Assembly: GCA_964036045.1 (NCBI GenBank)
Contig: OZ038378.1
Span: forward strand, 188,046,001-188,110,000
DNA length: 64,000 nt
DNA from: Eutreptiella sp. 'Long Island Sound 2002'
Lineage: Eukaryota > Protista > Euglenida
Direction of reading: 5' to 3'
The notes under the pieces are model-generated. The model saw only the letters and a list, made by a program, of their open reading frames with translations, had not been told where the DNA came from and searched no databases. Positions 11,601-20,745 of the stretch are shown here, one piece after another; the stretch's first letter is position 1, and the number at the start of each line of letters is the position of its first letter. The position numbers were made by a program, and so were the translations under genes.

Positions 11601-14600
11601 GCGCGACGCCCCCGCCCCCAGCCCCGGGAGGGACCACCAAATGACGTCCCCGCAAACCAAACCCGACCTCTCCACTACAACTCCATTGTGCTCCGTGGTA
11701 ACCAGAATTTTCTTCGGCGCCCAGGGCGCCCGATCTGATCTCCGGTGCAGCATGACAGGCAATGCAGGGCACCGCCCATCGATGGAGCGTGGCCGCAGGG
11801 GCAGTGGAGCCGCGGTCCAGGGGCGATGCAGAAGTGGCGCGGGCGATGGGGCGCGCGTGCGGCGACCACGGGGCGTCGGGGCGTGCGGGCGACGCGATGC
11901 GGGTGCGCGGCGGGGACGGAGCACGGGGGTCAGGGGGGGGGACGCGGACCTCACTCTCGACCCACTTGTCAAACTTGTCCAACAGAATGTTCATCAGAAT
12001 GGGGCCCACGACCGACCCCTCCGGAGTCCCCGGCAGCGACGTCTCCGGCACCTTCCACATATTGAAGTACCCGGCGTCGATCGCCTGGCTGATCAGCGCC
12101 AGGAACGCCTCGTCGTCAATGCGCTCGCGGAGCACCGACAGCAGGATGTCCCCGTCCATCTCGTCGAACACGTCGCCAAAGTCCCCCCGAATGTAATGGT
12201 CGCACTCCTTGTACCGCATGTCGACGTACATCAGCGTGTCGTGCACCCCCAGCCCCGGCCGGAACCCGAAGCTGTGCTGCGAGAACGTGGGCTCGTAGAT
12301 GGCCTCCAGGACGCACACCAGCGCGTGCTGGACGACCTAAAAGGAATGGGAATGCGGCGGGGCCGGAGGCCGACACGCATGCGCCCGGCGGGCCCTCTGG
12401 GTCCCGGTGGGCCAGGCTCTGCGAGGTGGACTTGCCGAAGGCAATAGAATTCCCCTCTGCATTCCGAGCCTTTTGAATATACACCATGTCATGTCATGTC
12501 ATGTATTGCCAGCTACCACCGTCCGTCAGCCCGCTATTCAGCGTCCGACGGCAAGACGTCTGGCCGAAACACACACACTCAGAGCCCCAGAGAGGGCACC
12601 AGCCGGTAGAGAAGCTACCTGACCCAGACGGGGCTTAAGCTGGGGAACTTGGTATGGCAGTCGTACCTCTGCCTCATCCGGATAGCACCGTCCCCGGGAG
12701 GAGCGACAAGTATTGGCTGATCCCGGTGGTGGGGGCCCGCTCCGGCCCATCCGACTCGATTTTGAATATACACCAGCCGGGGGGCAAAATCCCCTTCCTT
12801 GCCTTGGCAACTTGCAGCTTTGGGTAGGCGAGGAGGCATTTCTAGTGCCCGTCACTGTTGCATGGCACAATGCCGGGCAAGCGTTGGCCAAACTGCCATT
12901 CCCCAATGGCGCAGGTTTTGGGGGGGTCTGGCCTCAAAAGGTCAGGTGTGGACCCGCCACTGTGCTCCAGCCGCGCCTGCCTTCACACGGCCTTCATCGC
13001 CAACGCAGCACATTGCGTGTTCGACTCGCCAGCAAACGTTCCATTGGCCCAGGGTTCTCCTCCTGGTCCTCCTGGGCTCAGGGTAGAGGCAAGGACTTCT
13101 TGGTTCAGGGCTTTATCGCCGGGTCACGCTTGCTTGGGTGCTGAGTGGGTCATGGCGTCTGTGTTGTGTTGGCCCATGTCTGACTTTAGGGCGTGCTTGC
13201 GTGTGCGGGCCCCACTTGGCCACATACCCCCCGCCCCCCTTGCAAACTCCCGGGTTAGCGCGCGACGGTCTCCCGGGTGGGGGGGGGGAGACGGTCGCCA
13301 AGTGACGGTCTCCCGGGGGGGGAGGGGGTTGCAAGGGTATTTCAAGGCAAACTGTGGTACCCTCCACTAATGCAAGCAAAGAGAACACGTGTGAAGCGAC
13401 TTTCGCGTTGATGCCAATGTGCTTTATCCAACACAAATGTTATTGAGGATCCAAAGGAACGGTAAAGAACTTCTGGGTACGAGAATAACACACTTTGAAC
13501 TGTTGCACATGCTCAGTTTGCATGACAGGCACGTGGTGTGTTGCAAAGCAGGTGTGAAGCAGATGGGCAACACAAACCAGCACAATACAGGTTAACTAGA
13601 AAAACATGGAAGTGACGGTCTCCCGGGTGGGGGGGGGGGATTGCAAAGGGGGGGGGGTACCTTGCGCTTGGGGGGTCTGGAGGGGGGTAGGGGTAGGGTC
13701 CGGGCGTCGGGTTCTGTATGTACCCCCCGCCCCCCCTGCGGGGGCAACGACATCATGTCCCAGAGCGCCGACCGCACGGTTCCGAAACACTCTCGGACCG
13801 GGCGTTGGAAGAAGTGAGGCATGGCGCTGCCCAGGGGCTGACTGCCCGGGAATCCCGACACCCCAGGGGCAGGACCTTGTCCACGGGCCTAATCAGCCCC
13901 GGGATCACGAACTTCTCGCCCCTCATCTTCGCCTCCTTCTCAGCGGCCGCCCGCAGGCGGTCCCGGCGCCGCGCCTGCGTGAGGTTCAGGCGCTTCTTCT
14001 TCCGCGGCAGCGAGAAGTCGCCGAACTGGTACGTCCCCTCGCGCAGCTGCCGCCCCACTTTCTCGACCACGTTGTCCTTCCCCGGCACCACCAGCGGGTC
14101 GCTCTTGTTCTTCAGCCGCTCGCGCTCGACGTCGGTCTTGGGGGTGCGGAGCATCCGCGTGTGCGCGATCGCCAGCGTGTACGAGTCGTACACGATGGGG
14201 AGGATGTTGCGGACCTTGCAGCCGGGGTTCTGCCGGCACTGCCACGTCAGCGCCTTCAGCTTCGCGCCTCTCTCGGAGCCCTCGGAGCGCCGACGTCGCC
14301 CGCCCCCGGGCCTCCGATCGGCACCTCTCGCGCCCGCGGGCCCCACATCGGGAGACGTGCCAGGCCTCGTCCCGAAGGACGTCATCAGCGCCAGAGGTCC
14401 GTCACGAGGCCGCGCCCGGCGGCCCAGCAGGACGCCCCCGACCAATGCCCCCACGAGAACCGCGGCCCAGCGCAGCATGCCCAAGCCGATGCCGGGGGAG
14501 GGGGTGGGGGCACGTGGCAGGCCTGCGGGCACGTCCCGCACTGGCACGGCTGGGCCTTGGAACGGGTGTCCTCCCTGAGCCGCACGCGCCAACCGCCGTG

Positions 14601-14895
14601 CCCGGACCTCGGTCCCCGGCACCGCGGCGCCGGGAGGTACCGGGGTACGGGCCGACGATTCCAGGGGTGAGCCCCGGGATGCCCCGCCGGTGCCGACGCC
14701 GACGGGTCTCAACGAGTGGGACACGCCGTGCCTTGGGCCTGTGACGGGGACGGCGTTGGCGCGCACCACCGAAGCAGCAGCTGCTGTGCCGAGGAAGACG
14801 GCCAGGGCCACAAAGGCCACGGCGGATGCAAAGCGCAACACGCGGACGGAGGGAACCCCGGCGCCGGGAGTCCACATGTCCCGTAGACGCGCCAT
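5489..14895 (-). CDS. Nucleus-encoded, putatively plastid-targeted group II intron maturase (RT-inactive RT0-7 plus domain X), 5 exons, 743 aa: join complement(13876-14895, 11950-12336, 9718-10118, 6688-6934, 5489-5665)
   Basis: Exons join in frame through four GT-AG introns (1020+387+401+247+177 = 2232 nt = 743 aa + TGA). Motifs: RT0/1 KLKALTWQCRQNPGCKVRNILPIVYD...LREGTYQFG; RT2/2a DK|VVQHALVCVLEAIYEPTFSQHSFGFRPG; RT3 YIRGDFGDVFD; RT4 GTPEGSVVGPILMNILLDKFD; RT5 RLYYCRHAGSFFIGFAG; RT7 GTLFLGTLI; domain X YNNVYFGIMEYYSFADN...SSCAK|VFAAKYKLRSQKKVFVKFG. N-terminus has two hydrophobic segments. Confidence 0.92.
5735..5810. repeat. Dispersed 21-bp minisatellite family GGTAACCGA(C/T)GGCGGTTGG; also about 9470-9600, 24810-24860, 37660-37750, 59520-59580, 60965-61080
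   Basis: Same unit recurs in short tandem runs across the window. Confidence 0.8.
6688..6934 (-). CDS. Maturase exon 4: domain X (thumb)
   Basis: Acceptor ccgcaccgcag|G; RHRFLRLTCPIQ...YYSFADN...SSCAK; donor AAG|GTAATC. Confidence 0.92.
9718..10118 (-). CDS. Maturase exon 3: RT4-5 insertion and RT5-RT7
   Basis: Acceptor tcatttccgcag|CTC; LIPKYNYGERQK...YYCRHAGSFFIG...VIEQLGE; donor AG|GTGCCC, phase 2. Confidence 0.92.
10212..10434. mobile_element. About 220-bp MITE-like element in maturase intron 2
   Basis: 11-bp inverted ends GGGGGAGTATC / GATACTCCCCC; two internal direct copies of CGCACCGC(G)n; CACCCAC on both flanks. Confidence 0.45.
10618..10760 (+). repeat. Dispersed SINE/MITE-like family GTGGGACAGTTGTCCCTCT...GAAGTTTGGAGGGTGC; other copies 19338-19490, 29276-29322 (partial), 49960-50345 (interrupted)
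   Basis: Direct sequence similarity among the four copies. Confidence 0.7.
11120..11400. repeat. Diverged intronic repeat; related copies at about 12920-13150 and 49250-49340
   Basis: Shared core GGACCCGCC.CT.TGCTCCAGCCGCGCC.GCCTTC.CACGGCCTTCAT.GCCAAC. Confidence 0.65.
11555..11740 (+). repeat. Dispersed repeat; second copy at 15895-16085
   Basis: Shared CCTCCAGAA.GCGCGACG...CACCAAATGACG...CAAACC.GACCT.TCCAC.ACAACTCCATTGT. Confidence 0.7.
11950..12336 (-). CDS. Maturase exon 2: RT2a-RT4
   Basis: Acceptor cattccttttag|GTC; VVQHALVCVLEAIYEP...DKWVESE; donor GAG|GTCCGC. Confidence 0.93.
13876..14895 (-). CDS. Maturase exon 1: targeting presequence plus RT0-RT2
   Basis: ATG at 14895; ends ...IPGLIRPVDK at donor AAG|GTCCTG; phase 0. 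Confidence 0.9.
14371..14895 (-). other. Euglenid class-I plastid-targeting presequence (signal peptide, transit peptide, stop-transfer TM), about aa 1-175
   Basis: TM1 FASAVAFVALAVFLGTAAAA (aa 22-41); S/T/P/A/R/G-rich, acid-poor spacer (aa 42-135); TM2 WAAVLVGALVGGVLLG (aa 143-158); then basic RRARPR and GPLALMTSFG. Confidence 0.78.
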
Positions 14896-14904
14896 GTGGG
14901 TGAC

Positions 14905-14925
14905 CTGGAGCAGGGAGATGACGGA
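14905..14925 (-). promoter_or_regulatory. Candidate spliced-leader trans-splice acceptor of the maturase gene
   Basis: Pyrimidine-rich gtcatctccctgctccAG ends 9 nt upstream of the ATG, with no upstream coding exon needed. Confidence 0.5.
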
Positions 14926-16384
14926 CCCGAGGTCTGTTCTACCCCATCGAAGAGGCAGAAAACCTGAGCTGCAGTCCTGATTTCCCCTGGTCCGGGGCTA
15001 CGAGCATGGCAGCAGCAGACCATACATAACCGCTACACGGCCCATACACAACACACGCATGGGGATCACACGCACGGGGATTACATGCCCATTCCATACC
15101 CATCCCCCACAATACACACCGCCCCTGCCCCACAATACACACAGCCCATACCCGATGACAGACAACCCACTCTCGCCCCGCCCCCCCCCCCCCTTCCTGT
15201 GTGACAGGGCGATGCGTACCAGTGGCCTCTAAGCAGTGCCCATTGCTCCCCCGCCGTGTTGGACACAGTTGGGTCCACTTCGCCCTCGTCCATGCAATCC
15301 GCCATCCACCCCGTGCGGTCATTTCTTGGTCAGTGCCGCGCAATAGCTCTGTCAGGTGGCAGCCGTGGGGGCTGGAACCCCCGGGTGGGCCCAGGCCTCG
15401 GCCCACTATCGCCACATCCCCGGGACAGCCAAACATCACTGCACCGTGTGCCAATGGGGTTTGCAGATGGGGGCACGAGGTTTTCGACGGCCGTTGGCTG
15501 ACGTTTGGTCAGACGCGTACCAAACGCTGTGGCACAAAGCAACGGTTTGTTGACAAAAGCAGGTCAAGGAAGGAAATCATTGTAAGGAGCCCAGCCCAGG
15601 CTGTCCTTAAGAGTAAAACCAAAAACTGCCGGCCTCCGGTACACCCACGCCTCTGCAGAGCGCCAGTCGGCGAGTCACTGCGGTTGGTCATTGGCCAACC
15701 GGCGTCGATTAAGCGCTAACCTCCGTCGGTTGAGTCAACTGCCGTCAGTTCGCCGAATCCTGCCACCAATAACCTCCGGCCACCCTGAGCGGGGGAAATC
15801 ACATCCCTAAAGGACAGCCCTGGCGTAGCCCATGGGCGTGATGGTGCTTGCCCAGTCCAAGGATTCCCTGCTGGATCACCATTGGATAAGGGTTACCCCC
15901 GCCCCCGTGGAAATCCTCCAGAATGCGCGACGGTCCCCTATACCCCCCAGGGAACCGTCACCAAATGACGCCCCCCCCCCCCCCCCGGCCAGGGGGGGGA
16001 ATGCGCGAGGACCCAAACCGGACCTTTCCACCACAACTCCATTGTACCCAGAGGAATTGTCTTCAGCACCTGTGGCGCCGTGGACTTTTGGGGCAGGTGC
16101 CAACGGCTGTGCCAGAGGGCAGGGGGGATTCTCCACAGGGAGGGGGTGGGAGGTACAAATCAGCGCAAATCCCCGTTTAACCAACCCTCCAACCGTACGG
16201 GGCAAAATTTTCCACTGTATGGGCCACTGTACGGGGTGGACCGATTTTAGAAAAAACTGCACTATGCCCCTTGGGCTTAGGGCTTCCAACTCTCCAGCGC
16301 GTGTCCCAGAGCTTCCTGGGCATATCCCCTGGGTCGCCACTGACCTGCCAGTTCCTGGTACGACTTTCTGTCACCCCTGCGCCT

Positions 16385-16690
16385 TTCCATCACCCCTACA
16401 ACCCTCCATCACCCCTAGAAGCCCCTTGAACCCTTACAACTTTCCATCACAATAATAACCCGTTGTAATTGCGATGGGGAGCTATGACGGGGTTGTAGGG
16501 GTGATGGGGAGTTGTCAGTGTGATGGGAGGTTTGTAAGTGTGGTGGGGAGTTTTAAGGCTGATGGGAAGTTTTCAGGGTTATGGGGGGTTGTAAGGGAGA
16601 TGGAGAGTTTTAAAGGTGATGAGGCATGGGGTTTCAGGGGTGATGGGGTATTGTTGGGGCGATGGGGAGTTGCAGGGGTGCAACAGGTGG
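16385..16690. repeat. Foldback / GATGGGG-rich minisatellite; related block at 17345-17500
   Basis: Perfect 17-bp inverted pair CCATCACCCCTACAACC (16387-16403) / GGTTGTAGGGGTGATGG (16491-16507), followed by repeated GATGGG(A/G)AGTT units. Confidence 0.65.
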
Positions 16691-18431
16691 AAAGTGAGTG
16701 CGCTCTCAAACATGCTGTGGGCTATACAATTAACATGTTCATCATTCGGCCATCAGGCTGCACCCTCTAACCCCCCCCCCCTCCCGCCCCCATTCACCAA
16801 AATCATTCCGTCAACCAGAAGACCATGTTACTGCGCCAAAAGGTAACTTCAAAGAGGTTGGTAGCACTGAGATGTTCTGGAGACACAGCAGCAGCTGTAT
16901 CAGGCTAAACGCCTAGTTGCGGTAAAAACACGGTTTTACCTTTAAAAGAGTTTTCCCGCTTCCCTTAATAAGCCCTGTACCAGCGCAGTCACACACACCC
17001 TGCAGGGGGAGGCAGTGTATGAGGCATTCAATGTGTTCAACGTGCTGGCCACTTCCAGATATGTATGTTGGGGTAGATTGAGCTCGGTATGGCTGAGTTG
17101 ATACAACACATGTTGATTTTCATAGTGATAGTGGTCTTTTGTGGTCGCTACCCAAGAATGAGCAGAGACCAGGATCCCAGACCACACCCGACCTCACTCA
17201 CCAAGCCCCCTCTCTCCGCCACCCATCGCGAAGAGCACCACTAGACCAGGGGTGGGAACTTCACTAAGCAATGGTCTGCGCCGCACCGCAACAGGGAACG
17301 GAGATGACATCATCGCCGGCCTGCAGTCCCCACCAGACAACCAGGGGTGATGGGTGGTTGGGATGATGGAAAATGGTAGGGGTGATGGGGGCTTGTGGGG
17401 GTGCCCAGATCACCCGTACAACCGGCCATTACCCCTACAACCCCGCATCACAACTCACCATCAGCCTCACAATTCCCCATCAGCCTTAGCCTTTGAACCT
17501 GCCCCTGCAACCTCAGAACGCACTCTCGCGGCGTCAAGCAGGGCATTCCTTTCCCCTGTGGGACCTTCTCCCAGTACCTGTACGGCATTTCAGGAGAAGC
17601 GGGCCGCTTTTCGTGTCCATCACGATACCACCACGCGATCGGGCAGGAGGGTCTGGGCACTCCATGACAACGAACTCAAGGCCTGTCGTTCATTCGCATT
17701 CAGTTTGTCCTCGAGCAGATGGGATGCGAGTCTGACCGCCAGTGTTGATGCTGACTGAAGCGCCTTCCAAAGCTGTCCCCCCCCCCCCCCTCCTCCCAAC
17801 ACACACGGTGCCAGCAATGCGCTCCAAGGGTCACTGTGGGTTCTCCCTGTGGGCCGACGCCCAGCAATTGCTTTGTGTTTGTTGGTATCGGGTTTGCTGC
17901 TGCCATCCTTCCGGGGTGTCCCACCCCTGCTCACTACCAGACTACCACACTGATCCCTCTCTCATCCCCCCAGACAGAGACGTGTAGGGTACGGGTTTTA
18001 CTGAAAAACGCACATCACTTGCACAACAAAATCCGCAGTGAATCAGACATACCACAGGCGTTTCGGCTCGAAAAAACAAAGACACTTAGAGCCACCCTCC
18101 CATATGCGAACTGTTTCCCCACACCCCCAAGCCCCCAAAACAAAAGTGGCTGACATACTTTCCCCCCCCCCGCGCGGACGCCTGCCCGCACGGTTGTACC
18201 CACAGCAGCTGTCATCGGCCCTCCGACCCTCACGGTCATGGGAATGGCCATGATGCCTCCTTTTCGAACCACAGAATCAGTGCGGGCGACCTTAGGATTG
18301 CCCACTTGCTCGGTATCAGTCAGCAAAACTGTCCACCTCACGACACGCCTTGCCTGCACGGCACCCATTGCAGCATTCGACGATATCCCACACTCCACCG
18401 TGGGAGCCCCACTGGTCTTCCGATCGCACTA

Positions 18432-18818
18432 CAGGGGGGGGGGGAAATTTTCGCCCGGGGACAATTTCGCAGGGGATAATTTCGCCAGGGGAAAATTTCG
18501 CCACCCTTGAAATCCCCAAAGCCCCAAGCAAGCATATGTCTCGCAAAATGTCTCTCAATTTTCGAAAAATGACATGAAATCTGATGCAGACGATCCAGTA
18601 ACTGGTGCAGAAGGTGCAGGCTTCTTTTTCAAGGCATCAACGGGCACAGGCGCGTTCGTAATCGCGCCTGGCCCTGCTCAGGAAACACAATGCCTGCAGC
18701 TGTGGTGAAGGATGCACCTGTTACGCCAAAATTTCGCCAGGGGAAAATTTCGCCACCTTTCTTAACGGCGAAATTTTCCCCGCGAAATTCTCCCCTGGCG
18801 AAACCCCCCCCCCCCCTG
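18432..18818. mobile_element. Tc1/mariner-type non-autonomous element (MITE), 387 bp
   Basis: TA|CAG(G)n...(C)nCTG|TA: TA target duplication, CAGGGG termini, and tandem GGGGAAAATTTCGCC subterminal repeats, inverted at the right end. Confidence 0.75.
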
Positions 18819-19680
18819 TACATCCGGTACTGTTGATTTCCGAGGGGCCGGGGACAAGCGAAAGCTCCGTGGTTGAATGCAGGACACCCTGCACAATGCT
18901 GCCAAGGCTCGGGGTCCAACGAATCAGCCACTCGGGGGAACGTGAAACGCCCCCCTCGGACTGGGCCCGCTGAGTTGCGTCAAGGTTCTGGTAGAAGTCG
19001 ACGGAGGACCCTCGCTCCCACAAATGGCACACGTTTCCATAAGATTTGTCTGTTGCCAAAAGGGGGAGCACTGTGGCACAGAGGTACTTCTCGTTACAGC
19101 ACAGGAACCGGACAGCCGGAAATCGACGGGTCTGGGCCAGCGATTCGGGCTGATTCGACGCAATCATGATTCAGCTGCAACAGTTTGAATGCCAGAGAAA
19201 TGCTACGTAAAACAGCCGTGGTCGGATATACACAAGCGGCAGACATGTGATCCTTCTGTACATCGGGCTGATTCGGGGAATCCGCGTCCCCGAAACGGGG
19301 GGGGCAGGGGGGGGGCGGGGGCTGGAGGGACTTTCAATATGTCAGAGTGGGACAGTTGTCCCTCTACTCACACGTGCTGCCCTGCCCCTTAGCGTCCCTC
19401 CCACGCCGGCGCCGGCGATGCTTCACAGTCAGGCATTCCCAAGACAGTGAAGTTTGGAGGGTGCACACCACCACATCTGATGTGGGAACTGTACCAGAGG
19501 TTTCGGATCACAAAGTGTTCCTCATAGCACTTTCAGGCATTTTGCCATGTTTTGGGAGGGTGTCGCGCGCACACCCAACACCTGCGAACCAAAGACGGCG
19601 ACACATCCCCGACATCCGAAGGTGCCCCCGCCCCCAGCAGCACAAAAAATCGCAACTCCCGAGCCCCCGGTGTCCGCACG

Positions 19681-20706
19681 TCAACCATCGGCATGCCCCG
19701 CATCGTCCTCGTCGGCGGCCCCGCTGAGGGCCTGCTCAAGCGTCGCCGTCAGCCTGTCAAACTTCTGCTCCATGCGCTGCACCCGCTCGTCCACGTACGC
19801 CTCCAGCGCCTCCCGCAGCTGCCGCATCTGCACTGCCACCGCCCGGTCCACCTCCGCCCGGACCATCGCCTGCATCTGCAAAGCGACCCCCGCACCCGCT
19901 TGGGGGGGGGCGGCGCCGGGGCTCGGGCCGTCGGCGAAGTCGGCCGCAGGGCCAGTGTGCGCACCGCCGCAGGGGCAGGGCTCAGGGTCCGCTCCAGGTG
20001 CCACACCGCCGTCTGTGGGGCGTGTCAGAGCCGCGATGTCGCACGGCCGCACCTGCTCTCCGTCAGCGCCGGGCCCGGGGGTCACAGCACCGGCGGCGGC
20101 CATCGTCGTCTGCCCCGCCGGCGGGCCCTGCAGGGCCTGCCCCGCCTGCAGCGCCGCCATCATCTGCAGTACCCCGGCCATCGGAATGCCCGCGCCCCCC
20201 ATCGGAGGCGCACGGGGCACGGGCGCGGGGGGGCGCGCCGCCGACACGCGGATCTCCACCGAATCGAGCACCACCTCCCGTGCGGCGGGCGGCACGCCGA
20301 TCAGCTTCAGCTGCAGCACAGCGCACGGGGCCCCGCCCGGCACCAGCAGCCGGCAGACCGGCAGCGGCCGCGCGCCGCTGGCGGCGGTGCCGCAGGAGGC
20401 GGTCGTGCCGATGCACTCCCAGTCCCCCGTGACGCCGGGCGGGCGCCCGCTGACCTCGACGTTGCGGGCCGTGCCCACGAACGTGAGGGACAGCAGCTGC
20501 ATGGGGCCCGGCAGCGGGACCGTGAAGGCGCAGCGCTGCCGCGTGCCGTCCTCGGAGTACCCCGGGGCCAGACATACGGTGCGTCCGAGCGCCTGGGGCC
20601 CGGCGGCATCGGAGGGCGGGCCGTCCCGGAGGAGGAAGTGCTCGTGGAGCGCGGTCTGCTGCCCGTCGTGCAGGGGCCATGTGCACTGGATCTCACCGCC
20701 CAACAT
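19681..20706 (-). CDS. PAAT/C10orf88 (DUF4506)-like protein, single exon, 341 aa
   Basis: GC-rich uninterrupted ORF from ATG 20706 (the track starts it at an upstream GTG). Motifs LSLTFVGTARNVEV, LQLKLIG..AREVVLDSVEIRV and a C-terminal coiled coil LREALEAYVDERVQRMEQKFDRL resemble the C10orf88 architecture as I recall it. The ORF is solid; the family call is less so. Confidence 0.7.
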   Translation of the reverse strand: MLGGEIQCTWPLHDGQQTALHEHFLLRDGPPSDAAGPQALGRTVCLAPGYSEDGTRQRCAFTVPLPGPMQLLSLTFVGTARNVEVSGRPPGVTGDWECIGTTASCGTAASGARPLPVCRLLVPGGAPCAVLQLKLIGVPPAAREVVLDSVEIRVSAARPPAPVPRAPPMGGAGIPMAGVLQMMAALQAGQALQGPPAGQTTMAAAGAVTPGPGADGEQVRPCDIAALTRPTDGGVAPGADPEPCPCGGAHTGPAADFADGPSPGAAPPQAGAGVALQMQAMVRAEVDRAVAVQMRQLREALEAYVDERVQRMEQKFDRLTATLEQALSGAADEDDAGHADG

Positions 20707-20718
20707 CGGGGCTCGAGC

Positions 20719-20745
20719 CTGGGGTTCGGTTTGGGGCACGGCACG
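20719..20745 (-). promoter_or_regulatory. Candidate trans-splice acceptor of the PAAT-like gene
   Basis: ...ccccaaaccgaaccccAG lies 12 nt upstream of the ATG. Confidence 0.35.

Noticed and set aside
5000-15100. Intact mobile group II intron around the maturase ORF
   Set aside because: The ORF is split by GT-AG introns, has a targeting peptide and lacks YADD and HNH. I found no GUGYG 5' end or domain V hairpin by eye; an Infernal Intron_gpII scan would settle it.
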